Below the pieces are notes generated by a model. It ran no database searches. It saw only the letters and a program-made list of their open reading frames with translations, and was not told the origin of the DNA. Positions 10,167 to 19,257 of a stretch of 64,000 nucleotides of DNA are shown one piece after another. Made by a program: the position numbers and the translations under genes. The first letter of the stretch is position 1; every line of letters begins with the position of its first letter. The stretch comes from a virus, in IMG/VR virus record IMGVR_UViG_3300028423_000861, positions 32,001 to 96,000 of that record, one strand, 5' to 3'.

Positions 10167-10520
10167 AAATTCGCGTGTCATACAAATATTTATCGTCATA
10201 AAGAAACCGTTACCCTGATTGGATAACGGCTTCTTTTAATTCTATATCTTACTCTATTATGCCCCTGGCGATGAGAGCTTCTAACATGTATTCTGTGGCC
10301 CTAATATTATACGTATCCTAAATCTATTTATCGATTCATCATCGTCGCATTGTTAAATCCTAATACTTGAGGTTGATGATATTTTCTATTTTATTCTATA
10401 CTAAGTCTAATCTCTGATTGTAACCACTACCGTTTGTATTTCTAAGTTTGATCGCCGGCGTGGACATCTGATGTTTACTGTTTTACCTGTATGATATAAT
10501 AAACGATCAAACCGAATATA

Positions 10521-10595
10521 TGGTGGAGACTAAGGGAATCGAACCCTTAACTTCGCCGTGCAAAGGCGACGTGTTCCCGTTAGCACCAAGTCCCC
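10521..10595 (-). tRNA. tRNA-Ala(UGC)
   Basis: Cloverleaf GGGGACT...TCGCC TT TGC AC GGCGA...GGTTCGATTCC...CCA. Confidence 0.95.
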
Positions 10596-10646
10596 ATAAC
10601 GTGTTTCTATTTATAACTTAGCACCAATTCACTGTTGTTTCAATCA

Positions 10647-10970
10647 TCAATCTTCATTCAGAGTGTCTTGGTTATCCTGATTATCTGGTTCAGGCAATTC
10701 TCCGGTATCGGCAAAATACTGTAGTGCGGGCAATAACTCTTTAACCATCTTTTGACTAAGGTGCATTCGTGAATGAATGACTGCACCTTCAGGCAATGTA
10801 ACGCTCCTCCATCCTCCATCTATCATCACGTTGATTTCCGGATCTCTTATCCCCAACCAAACAGCATCCAACGTAGCTAAACTGGATTTTTGTAGACTAC
10901 ACTTATTACCATATAAATCGTCAAACTCTGTAATGATAAATCCTCGTTCGGTTTGTCTGGTTTCTTTCAT
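10647..10970 (-). CDS. Hypothetical phage protein
   Basis: TERGF...DLYGNKCSLQKSSLA...VWLG...RMHL motif. Confidence 0.7.
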   Translation of the reverse strand: MKETRQTERGFIITEFDDLYGNKCSLQKSSLATLDAVWLGIRDPEINVMIDGGWRSVTLPEGAVIHSRMHLSQKMVKELLPALQYFADTGELPEPDNQDNQDTLNED

Positions 10971-11401
10971 TAAAACAATTCCAATTCGATTCCAGCTTCC
11001 TTACACATCATACGTGTTGCATCGAAGCTATCACCAAAACGTTCCTTGAGTCCTTCTCCTGGCTCTGTTGTAACAATACGCTTGATGCCAGCTTGAATAA
11101 GAAGTCCTGCGCATGAACTGCATGGGTGTTGTGTAACGTATGCTGTAAACCCTTCAAGAGGCTCTCGTGCGCTGGAAATGGCATTTGCTTCAGCATGTTG
11201 GACGAGCAAATATTTAAGAGAGCGGTCATTATACCGTTCACTATTATCATTTACACCACGGGGAAAACCATTATAGCCTACACTGACTACGATCCGATTA
11301 TGGTTTACAATAACACATCCGACTTTGGTGCTTGGATCTTTTGACCATGCAGCAATATGGTCTGCGAGGTCAAGAAATCTTCTATCCCATTTTGTAATCA
11401 T
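10970..11401 (-). CDS. dCMP deaminase
   Basis: SKDPSTKVGC, GYNG, HAEANA, PCSSCA zinc motifs. Confidence 0.95.
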   Translation of the reverse strand: MITKWDRRFLDLADHIAAWSKDPSTKVGCVIVNHNRIVVSVGYNGFPRGVNDNSERYNDRSLKYLLVQHAEANAISSAREPLEGFTAYVTQHPCSSCAGLLIQAGIKRIVTTEPGEGLKERFGDSFDATRMMCKEAGIELELF

Positions 11402-11418
11402 AATTTTCCTGGAAGTTA

Positions 11419-11494
11419 TGGTGCCGGATCAGGGATTCGAACCCCGGACCTTCGCTTTACAAGAGCGCTGCTCTGGCCTCTGAGCTAATCCGGC
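11419..11494 (-). tRNA. tRNA-Thr(UGU)
   Basis: GCCGGAT...CGCT CT TGT AA AGCG...GGTTCGAATCC...ACCA. Confidence 0.93.
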
Positions 11495-11517
11495 AATGTT
11501 AGTTTATTTATATAAAT

Positions 11518-12198
11518 CTAAATGCTATACTTGAGAATGTCAAGTGCTTGGTTGTATTCATCGCGCTTTTTTTGTTTTTCTTCTTCAGTCAAAAGAGGAG
11601 CGCCAAATTCATAGTGATTAAGTTGGTCGGTATCAATATCAAAGAACTTCACACCTTGCTTGAAATGATCATATGTGAGGCCTTCCTGGTAATCCACATG
11701 CAACAGCTTCCATTCAACATTGCGTTCTAGGCGATTGCGGTTGCCGTCACTGTTGCTATCTGGCCCCCAGAATTCGTTTAGCCAAGTCAATCCTGGATCA
11801 TCATCAATAATTAGTGCACGACTGTTTTCTGGCAAATAGTCTTCAACATGTGTAGCAACGTCGTGAACTCTTTCCGAAGTAAGACCTCTCTTAACACAAG
11901 TTGGCTGATCTGCATATTTGAATTCCAATCCTTGATCATCAAACATTTGTTGAATACGTTCAATACTAACCCAGGACCTCCAATTGGTAACGAGAACAAT
12001 TTCTGCATCGCCATATTTTGCTAAGAGGTTGTGTGCACGGACCGAGAATGGGTCAAATATTGGCTGCACTTCATCCAATATTTCTTCAAGAGGACCCATG
12101 TCGCTGAATCGATCAATGAACCGCCTGTTTTCCGGAAAAAGGTAAGATTTTCCTGGAAGGAGAGGTCCATCGATGTCAATAAACATGAAGTTTTTCAT
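11518..12198 (-). CDS. HAD-family phosphatase (Swiss Army Knife RNA repair-like)
   Basis: FIDIDGPL, IVLVTNWR, LIIDDD; start reassigned to MKNFMF; ends in TAG. Confidence 0.75.
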   Translation of the reverse strand: MKNFMFIDIDGPLLPGKSYLFPENRRFIDRFSDMGPLEEILDEVQPIFDPFSVRAHNLLAKYGDAEIVLVTNWRSWVSIERIQQMFDDQGLEFKYADQPTCVKRGLTSERVHDVATHVEDYLPENSRALIIDDDPGLTWLNEFWGPDSNSDGNRNRLERNVEWKLLHVDYQEGLTYDHFKQGVKFFDIDTDQLNHYEFGAPLLTEEEKQKKRDEYNQALDILKYSI

Positions 12199-12209
12199 AT
12201 ATTGTCCTT

Positions 12210-12285
12210 TGGTGCCCCATGTGGGATTTGAACCCACGCACTCAAGATTTTAGAGATCCTGGCTCTACCGCTGAGCTAATGGGGC
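12210..12285 (-). tRNA. Amber suppressor tRNA, anticodon CUA
   Basis: GCCCCAT TA GCTC AGCGGTA GAGC C AGGAT CT CTA AA ATCTT GAGTGC GTGGG TTCAAAT CCCAC ATGGGGC A CCA. Confidence 0.9.
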
Positions 12286-12600
12286 TTGATAAGTTTTCTT
12301 TATATTAGCAGGAATTTTCTCACAGTCAACAACTACAAAGTAACCACGAAAAGGTTGCCCTCCAACAGCATAGCATATATCAGTTCGAGCGTCATGATAA
12401 TATCGAATATTTTTGACTACGCTACGAGTATGGTTATCTCGAGCTTCTTCCATGCCACCAGGTTCTTGGTTATAAATTGAATCGTATGTTTCATATGCTA
12501 CATACATACAAACAACAAAGGTCATTGTCATTATTGCAATTAAAAAGAAGTTTGCAAATCTTTCTTCATCAATTTTCATAGTAAAATTACAATCAACCAC
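12265..12600 (-). CDS. Hypothetical membrane protein
   Basis: Single TM helix; 3' end overlaps the tRNA 5' end. Confidence 0.55.
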   Translation of the reverse strand: MVDCNFTMKIDEERFANFFLIAIMTMTFVVCMYVAYETYDSIYNQEPGGMEEARDNHTRSVVKNIRYYHDARTDICYAVGGQPFRGYFVVVDCEKIPANIKKTYQAPLAQR

Positions 12601-13541
12601 CAGTATGCTGGAATGCCCAACACGATATTAAGAGGAAAAGTAATTGCCATGCTCATTGTTAGATACTTTGCTGGATTTGCTTCAGGCATTGCGTCTTTGA
12701 GCAAAGCAGGCGCTACAATATAACTAGAGCTAGCACAAAGAATAGTCAAAAGCAAAGCACTGCCGGGTGTAAGACCGAACAACACAGCACCAGCTAGGCC
12801 CAAGAGACCGTTTACAATAGGCGCAACAATTGCAAACAACACGAGAGCGGGATCAAAACCATCAATCTCACGCAATTTTTGACCAATAACAGTGCCCATA
12901 TAGAACAAGAAAAAGATCAGCATTCCAGTAAAAACATCGCCTGCGATCCAGGCTGTGAGCATGTTTTCTGGATTGCCCATGACCATAAGCAAGTAACCGA
13001 TCACCATACTGCCTACCAGAGTTAGCAATGTCCCATCACTAAGAGCTCTTTTGGTCAATGCCCAAGTGCTGGTTCCTTGGTTGTTTTCATATCGTCTTGC
13101 AAGCAAGATTGCAAAAATAATAGCAGGTGTTTCCATCAATACAAGAGCTACCGTCATATAACCTCCATAAGCAACCCCAATGCTAGATAGGAATGCAGCG
13201 GCAGTAATAAAGGTAAGTGTGGAATTTGATCCGTATGTTGCACCAATAGCTGCGGCATCAAAAATTCCAAATTTTGATTTGAGTAAAAAGAATGCATATA
13301 AAGGAACAACGGCACTCATTACAATAACTATTGCCACTGCGGCAAACCCACTACCAAACAGTGGTGATGTATACAATGCAACACCACCCTTGAAACCAAT
13401 AGCCATCATCAAATAGAGTGTAATAAATTTTACAATACTTTCGGGTATTTCTAAGTTAGAATGGACTAACATGGCCAAAACACCCAGAATAAAAAACATT
13501 ACTCCTGGATTAAATAGGGTAGACAAAAAAGCTAGTTCCAT
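12576..13541 (-). CDS. Sodium-dependent bicarbonate transport family permease (SbtA/DUF897-like)
   Basis: About 10 TM helices; SNLEIP...LYLMMAIGFKGG, AAAIGATYGS, LMETPAI, ASSSYI, ITFPLNIVLGIP. Confidence 0.88.
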   Translation of the reverse strand: MELAFLSTLFNPGVMFFILGVLAMLVHSNLEIPESIVKFITLYLMMAIGFKGGVALYTSPLFGSGFAAVAIVIVMSAVVPLYAFFLLKSKFGIFDAAAIGATYGSNSTLTFITAAAFLSSIGVAYGGYMTVALVLMETPAIIFAILLARRYENNQGTSTWALTKRALSDGTLLTLVGSMVIGYLLMVMGNPENMLTAWIAGDVFTGMLIFFLFYMGTVIGQKLREIDGFDPALVLFAIVAPIVNGLLGLAGAVLFGLTPGSALLLTILCASSSYIVAPALLKDAMPEANPAKYLTMSMAITFPLNIVLGIPAYWWLIVILL

Positions 13542-13565
13542 AATAGTCCTCTTAAAATAATAGTG

Positions 13566-13945
13566 CCGGTTGCTGCTGCCGGCGCCAGACGTTTCGCCTC
13601 TGGCAGCTTGGGAGGTGTGTGCGCGTCCCTTTTACTTTAATGGCCTTCACTAAAAATCAAATAATTTTTTGTGCCATCCAACACGTTCTTATAGGCGACG
13701 CAGTTCGCGGCATTTGCGGAATCTTTCTGATACTGCCTGGGAAAGGCAGCGCCCCACTGTGCTTGATGACCTCACCAGTCAAGCCCCTTCTAATCCGCGG
13801 CCTTTGTTACCGGTTACTGATCCGGCGCCAGATTTACACCCTGGCAGATCCTATCACGGGTGGTGAGTTGGATTAGACGTCGGTATTATAAAAGCCCCGC
13901 GCCATTGCTCGTTAATCAGGTCTTCGTCCAACTCCGAGCCTGATG
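13566..13945 (-). ncRNA. Unassigned structured RNA region with two copies of a two-hairpin motif
   Basis: GC-rich intergenic stretch; CTGCCAG-loop-CTGGCG-CCGG-loop-ACCGG at 13810-13847 and 13566-13606. Confidence 0.5.
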
Positions 13946-14174
13946 TTTTTTTCTTAGAGCGGCTTATCCTAGAAAAGTATCGATAATTCTTAACCAGAGT
14001 TCAAAACATCCCCATACCCATAGTGCTGGGAGGAAGAATATAAGAAATAGTGCAGCAACAATTGGTTGTCTTACAAAACAATAATAACCGCCCCAAACTG
14101 TGGGAACGATGAATATTAAGAATAGGATTAAAATTTCAAGCATGATTAATTAATAACAAATATTACGTGCAAAG

Positions 14175-15368
14175 TCAATCAATTATTCCAAGCAAACGCA
14201 ATTCTTCTTCCTCTTGTTCTTGTCTGGTTCGCATGTTTACCTCCAACAAGAATTCCTCGTCTTCTTTGCGTTGCCTGTGTTCGCGCATGTCAAAATGTTT
14301 GACTGCACCGGAACCCGACATAAATTTGACATCCGCTGATCCACCAGTTGATTTCTTTTTCTGATGAACATATCTTGCTTTGGGTCCGGGTTTTATCTTG
14401 TAATTGCCTAAACCTAGCATGTCATTTAGGAACAAATGATCTTCCAACTCGGCAATTTCTCTTGCTGTTGTTCCTTGATCGAATACATTTGGAAGTTCAA
14501 GTTCGATAGGTTCTAGTGGTGGATTGTTTGCAACAACAATTTCGCCATCTGGTTTATCTCTATAAACAACTGTTACATGTCCACGACCGTCAATTCCAAT
14601 CGTGCCTTTTGAAAGGTGATCAAGCTTGTTGAGTTTTTCTTGCTCAACTCGATCCAGCATGTCCTGGACTTTTTTAAGGTAGTCCATGGGCTGGAAATAG
14701 TCATCCGGGTCAAATTTAGGTGGTTCAAACGTAGTGGTTTGAGCAGGACGACGTCGTGGAATACGTGCCCCGCCACGTCCAAATTCCAATCCTTTTGTTT
14801 CAAGACCGGCCTCACCATCAATAATTAGGCCGCCTTGTGTACCGTCACCAGTTGTAAATGTGACGTTTATATTTCCTTGTCCGTCTGTTACAATTCCGCC
14901 AGTTGAAATGTAATTGAATGATATAACTTCGAATGCATCGCCATCAATAATTGGGCCGCCAGAACCTATATGATATCTAATTGTATTGACACTTGCTGAA
15001 CCACCAAGTGATATATTAGAATCAACAACAGGTGTTACGCTGTAATCAATATCAGCCTGGCCGCCAATTAACACACCGCCTGTGCCAGCAAACAATGGAC
15101 TAAATGTGATCAGTCCAGAACCGTCAGTAATTAATCCGCCTGTTCCTGAGAATCGGAATGCATAATATGCATCTGCAACACCGCCAATAACAAGGCCACC
15201 ACCCTCTACACCAGCATTAACGCCTTGCACAATAATAGCTTCGCCACCAAAAACAAGATCGCCAAGAATAGGCTCAATAAAACCTTGCGTGGATATACCC
15301 AGTCCGTCAGGACTAGATATACCCTGTGTTGCAATATCTCTGGAAGTTCCCTTCTTTCCGTCGACCAT
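14175..15368 (-). CDS. Putative virion protein with Gly-rich repeats
   Basis: Repeated GGLxxxG units; last gene of the late structural operon. Confidence 0.6.
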   Translation of the reverse strand: MVDGKKGTSRDIATQGISSPDGLGISTQGFIEPILGDLVFGGEAIIVQGVNAGVEGGGLVIGGVADAYYAFRFSGTGGLITDGSGLITFSPLFAGTGGVLIGGQADIDYSVTPVVDSNISLGGSASVNTIRYHIGSGGPIIDGDAFEVISFNYISTGGIVTDGQGNINVTFTTGDGTQGGLIIDGEAGLETKGLEFGRGGARIPRRRPAQTTTFEPPKFDPDDYFQPMDYLKKVQDMLDRVEQEKLNKLDHLSKGTIGIDGRGHVTVVYRDKPDGEIVVANNPPLEPIELELPNVFDQGTTAREIAELEDHLFLNDMLGLGNYKIKPGPKARYVHQKKKSTGGSADVKFMSGSGAVKHFDMREHRQRKEDEEFLLEVNMRTRQEQEEEELRLLGIID

Positions 15369-15980
15369 TTAATTGGTCCTTGTTACGGTAACATCACCAT
15401 CACCATTATCAGTAATTGTTTGTTGAATATCAGCTGCATTACGTGAAGTAGATGTAACATTGAGGGGGTTGTTTACATCCAAGCCATGTATTTTCCAAAC
15501 TTCGTCAATTTGAAGAACACTGTCAATACCAAGTTCAGCACCAATCTGACGGCCACCTTCAACGAGTGTAGATGTATTGAAGTTAACGGTGATCTTGTGT
15601 TCGCCTTCGCTGGGCAGAACAGGGTCATCACCTTCACGTGTGAACACGTTGCCAGTGATTGTAAGAATGTGGTCACCTTCCCAACTACGAATCCTCCATC
15701 CATTTTCCAAGAAGAATGTTGAACCTAGGATTCGATTACCTGGCAACGGGTCACCACCAATAACACTTATAGCTTCTTCATATTTTGCATTTTCAGCAGA
15801 AAGCAACCATTCTTTCCAGTTAGAATATACATCTACACGGAAATCGATTTCTGTTTCACCATCATTAATCAAAATAAGCTTGTTGGGACCGTCAAAGGTA
15901 ACTTTCTGGCCACCGTATGTACCACTTTCAGGATCATAAGCTTCCCAGAAGGTCCAATTTGCAAAATATAGTGATAACAC
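15369..15980 (-). CDS. Putative virion structural protein
   Basis: DVYSNWKEW...GGDPLPG...FFLENGWRI; in late operon. Confidence 0.65.
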   Translation of the reverse strand: MLSLYFANWTFWEAYDPESGTYGGQKVTFDGPNKLILINDGETEIDFRVDVYSNWKEWLLSAENAKYEEAISVIGGDPLPGNRILGSTFFLENGWRIRSWEGDHILTITGNVFTREGDDPVLPSEGEHKITVNFNTSTLVEGGRQIGAELGIDSVLQIDEVWKIHGLDVNNPLNVTSTSRNAADIQQTITDNGDGDVTVTRTN

Positions 15981-15992
15981 GTCGTTACTCGC

Positions 15993-17627
15993 TTATAATA
16001 GTATTTCTTCCCAATTGATCGCAGCTATTACATCTGCATTGGTCCCCCCCAAGACTTCTACCGTTATAGTAAACACTATACCTGTAGCATTATCGCCTTT
16101 AAGAAATGCTTCAAAACTATGCAGATCTCTTGGTGCAATGTCTTGCACAAATTCAGTTTTATCAGCAGAAACAAAAAGTGTTACTATTTGATGTAATTTA
16201 TTTGGATCAATCGAAGTTGATGATGTATCTAACTCAGCAATACTGTTCGGTTTATGACTCGTAAAATTATGACCAGTTAAGCCATCCGTTGTTCCCGCCC
16301 GCAGCCTAAATGCTACAGGTGCCCCTCCTGTATTTGTTATATTTGCCAATGAAATACTTGTTCCTCTGATTAGTGAGCTGTTTAAAATTCCATTCATTGT
16401 GACTTTTGGTCGTATAGATATGAGTGGTACCTCACCAGAAGATGTCTGTATTGTTTGAACTGTATTATTGGATGATGAATGTTTGTCACCTCCTATTTTA
16501 ACACCAGAAGAATGTTTCACGCTTGCACATACAAATCTTATTTCACTAGAACTGGCTGCGGCTGATGTATTCTCTTGTTCCACTCTTATAGGTAGAGTTG
16601 CTGTTCTCATATATGGAAATTCAGCAGTGGGATCGTTTGCATTTTCGATTATGTGGGCAGTAATCCTAGAGCCACCAGGTTCAACAATACCAAAACGAAT
16701 ACGTCCTGAACCCAACCACTGTAAATCGATCCAATAGATATTCGGCGCGGTGGGATCTAACTCAAAACCAATACTATCACGTCCATCTAGAGAATCTTTA
16801 TTCCATTGATCTTGAGGAATTCTTGTTTCAATAATTGAGCCAGAAACACTTGAACGTAAAACAATATTTAATTGTGTTCCGTCTAACTCCCAATAAACAC
16901 CATCATTGTCATTATAATATCCCCAACGGCGGCGGACACCGTTCTTACCAGAATCTCCACAACGTATTGAGAATTCTGCTACATGCCCTACGCCAGGAAC
17001 ATATGGGTGATTAAAATGGCTTGTTCTTTTTGCAAGATCACCAGATGCGGTTCCGTTTGATAACAATACTGTACCGGAAGCAGTTTCATAGCCCACCGTT
17101 GCTCCGCCAACTTCTTGATCATAAAATAAATCTGGCCTGCTATCGTATGCAAAACGATAATCTTTAATACTCTGTGGCTCACCAACAGACATTGTTCCAA
17201 ACGAACCAAAAACAGGAGAACCATCAGTGAAGGTATTTAATGTTGCACCAAAACGGTCAATTCTTTGTTGGAAACTTGGATTCTCCGGATCTGTTATAAC
17301 CATGTTTTGGTAATCATATTCATGTCCGGGATAAGCAGTTGTGATATTAACAGATGCTTGTGTAACATTGTTTATTTCTAGATTTTCGTTATTTTCAAAA
17401 GTTCCATTAACTTCTTTAAGCCATATGAGTCCGGTATTTGGTGCAAACCCTTCCGTAACTTCAGATGTGATAATGCCTGATGCTCCAGAAGTTGCTCCAG
17501 TAACAGTACTTCCTATTCCAAAACTTCCGGTTTTATTGTCATACTGTATGAGAACTCTAGCAACAGTTGAAATTCTTTTACCTGTGCTTTGTGGTGGCAC
17601 TCTTACAAATGATGCTCCATGACTCAT
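15993..17627 (-). CDS. Putative virion structural protein
   Basis: 544 aa, beta-rich; YWIDLQWLGSGRIRFG, PYMRTATLPIR; ATAAATA upstream. Confidence 0.65.
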   Translation of the reverse strand: MSHGASFVRVPPQSTGKRISTVARVLIQYDNKTGSFGIGSTVTGATSGASGIITSEVTEGFAPNTGLIWLKEVNGTFENNENLEINNVTQASVNITTAYPGHEYDYQNMVITDPENPSFQQRIDRFGATLNTFTDGSPVFGSFGTMSVGEPQSIKDYRFAYDSRPDLFYDQEVGGATVGYETASGTVLLSNGTASGDLAKRTSHFNHPYVPGVGHVAEFSIRCGDSGKNGVRRRWGYYNDNDGVYWELDGTQLNIVLRSSVSGSIIETRIPQDQWNKDSLDGRDSIGFELDPTAPNIYWIDLQWLGSGRIRFGIVEPGGSRITAHIIENANDPTAEFPYMRTATLPIRVEQENTSAAASSSEIRFVCASVKHSSGVKIGGDKHSSSNNTVQTIQTSSGEVPLISIRPKVTMNGILNSSLIRGTSISLANITNTGGAPVAFRLRAGTTDGLTGHNFTSHKPNSIAELDTSSTSIDPNKLHQIVTLFVSADKTEFVQDIAPRDLHSFEAFLKGDNATGIVFTITVEVLGGTNADVIAAINWEEILL

Positions 17628-17675
17628 TGATTAATCCTTTTTATATCATTCGAGTTATTTATCCGGTAAATATAA

Positions 17676-18281
17676 TTGATGTTTTACCGTGACCCCAATA
17701 ACCGCTTGGGCTACATGCCCGTTCCAAAAAATGCAAGTTCTACTCATAGTGCCTTTTTTCAAAAAAACGGCTGGACGAGAGAGGATGAGTTTGATAAACA
17801 TGTAGATTTGTTTAGTCATATTCAGGATCCCTGGAAGAGATTCAAGAAAGGCATGGCTCAGCTTGCTTGGATTAATAATGAGCGCAATTTCACTGCGGTC
17901 AGAAAAGGTCCATTTTTTAAGATGATCTTTTTTAATCCACACATCATGCCTATCAGTATGCAATTTAGCGAAGTTGTCGATCGAGTTCATTTCATTCCCA
18001 TTGATTCAAGACATTCAACCGAAGAGCTAACCAATCACTGGCTTAGAGAAAAAGGAGTAGATCTTGAAATCAGTCGTAACGATCGAAAACACGAGGCAAA
18101 TGTTCGTAAACGTGCTTATCAAGTTGAAACTGATGAATATTTTGAAACTCACTATTCTTATAAACGATATGTTCTTGAATTACACGAGCGTGATTTTGAA
18201 TTGTGGCGTGCAGCACATCGTTACTATGAATTACCTGAGCCAAAAACCAACTGGCTTCAGAAATTTCTGAAACGAATTTGA
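17676..18281 (+). CDS. Sulfotransferase-family-like protein
   Basis: YMPVPKNASST (5'-PSB-like) and DPWKRF (3'-PB-like) motifs. Confidence 0.6.
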   Translation: MMFYRDPNNRLGYMPVPKNASSTHSAFFQKNGWTREDEFDKHVDLFSHIQDPWKRFKKGMAQLAWINNERNFTAVRKGPFFKMIFFNPHIMPISMQFSEVVDRVHFIPIDSRHSTEELTNHWLREKGVDLEISRNDRKHEANVRKRAYQVETDEYFETHYSYKRYVLELHERDFELWRAAHRYYELPEPKTNWLQKFLKRI

Positions 18282-18826
18282 ACGTCCGCATAAAATGCTC
18301 GTTTGTCTCCGGGCAAGCTTTCAACTAGATCACGAACAAATTTACTGTCTGGATCATAAGCAAATACCTGATAATGACCGTGTACTCCGTCATCATCTTC
18401 ACTCATGACATCTTCGATCATTTCGTAAGTTCTTAACCAGTTCATCTTCATTTCACGATCTGGAAACCAACGTAACGGTATGCCTATCTGTTCTTGCTCC
18501 AATTCGTCCGCTTTTTTCTTGAGTGATTTTAGACACAATTCTAATGCATCATAATTGAGGAATCCACTTTCTTCAAAAACAATGCAGTGTGCAATCCATT
18601 TGCTTCCAGATGTTTGTGTCCATATAACATCACCCAACTTGGGTGGTTCTACTTCATAATTTTCATTTGTTGCAAACATATTATAAAGACTCTGACGAAC
18701 ATCTGGGTTCTTTTTCATAACTGTTTTTTCAATAGGCAGATGCGAATCACTGCCTACGCTTGCCGGGTAAGCAAGAATCTGATGTCCTTTTTCTAAAAAG
18801 TCACCTTCACCATATAGGATTTTCAT
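18257..18826 (-). CDS. Macro-domain-like protein
   Basis: ILYGEGDFL...KLGDVIW...WIAHC...NYDALELCL...IGIP follows the small macrodomain layout; catalytic loops divergent. Confidence 0.5.
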   Translation of the reverse strand: MKILYGEGDFLEKGHQILAYPASVGSDSHLPIEKTVMKKNPDVRQSLYNMFATNENYEVEPPKLGDVIWTQTSGSKWIAHCIVFEESGFLNYDALELCLKSLKKKADELEQEQIGIPLRWFPDREMKMNWLRTYEMIEDVMSEDDDGVHGHYQVFAYDPDSKFVRDLVESLPGDKRAFYADVQIRFRNF

Positions 18827-19257
18827 TAACTAATTTCCTGTTCTGTAAATGCCGACGGAAAATGTGTTCCTAACTCTGGATCAAATCCGCCCCCTTCTTT
18901 AACCCATGCTTCTTTACGCACAACAACTGGCATTCCCTTAGGATGTATGTCCCAAACAAACGTGAATCCCTCCCAGTTCATTCCCATGTTTGAATCAAGT
19001 TGTTCATCAATAATTTCATAGAGAGCTTTTAACTCTGGTGTCATCAGATGTTCAAGATCACGGGCATCATATTTGAGTATCTTAAACATCGCTTCACGCA
19101 GCCTACGCCGGTGCAAAATTTTTGATTTGCTTCCATCTGGAAGTGTCTGCCATTCTATTTTGGCTGCTTCCACGAATTGTTCTTCTGTTAAAACATCGTC
19201 AAATTTATCAACACCTCGCGCGACGTTGAGTAGTTTATCCATATCCGATTCTGTCAT
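18826..19257 (-). CDS. Hypothetical protein
   Basis: 143 aa coupled ORF. Confidence 0.65.
   Translation of the reverse strand: MTESDMDKLLNVARGVDKFDDVLTEEQFVEAAKIEWQTLPDGSKSKILHRRRLREAMFKILKYDARDLEHLMTPELKALYEIIDEQLDSNMGMNWEGFTFVWDIHPKGMPVVVRKEAWVKEGGGFDPELGTHFPSAFTEQEIS

Noticed and set aside
10236-10500. TAG-recoded small gene
   Set aside because: The TAGs fall in all three frames, and the frame I translated also contains TAA stops.
12199-12237. N-terminal extension of the HAD ORF (and of the HNH ORF to 62911)
   Set aside because: The extensions run through tRNA genes; downstream ATGs are more plausible.
13619-13876. Plus-strand ORFs of 85 and 65 aa
   Set aside because: No RBS or motifs; the region is better explained by RNA structure.
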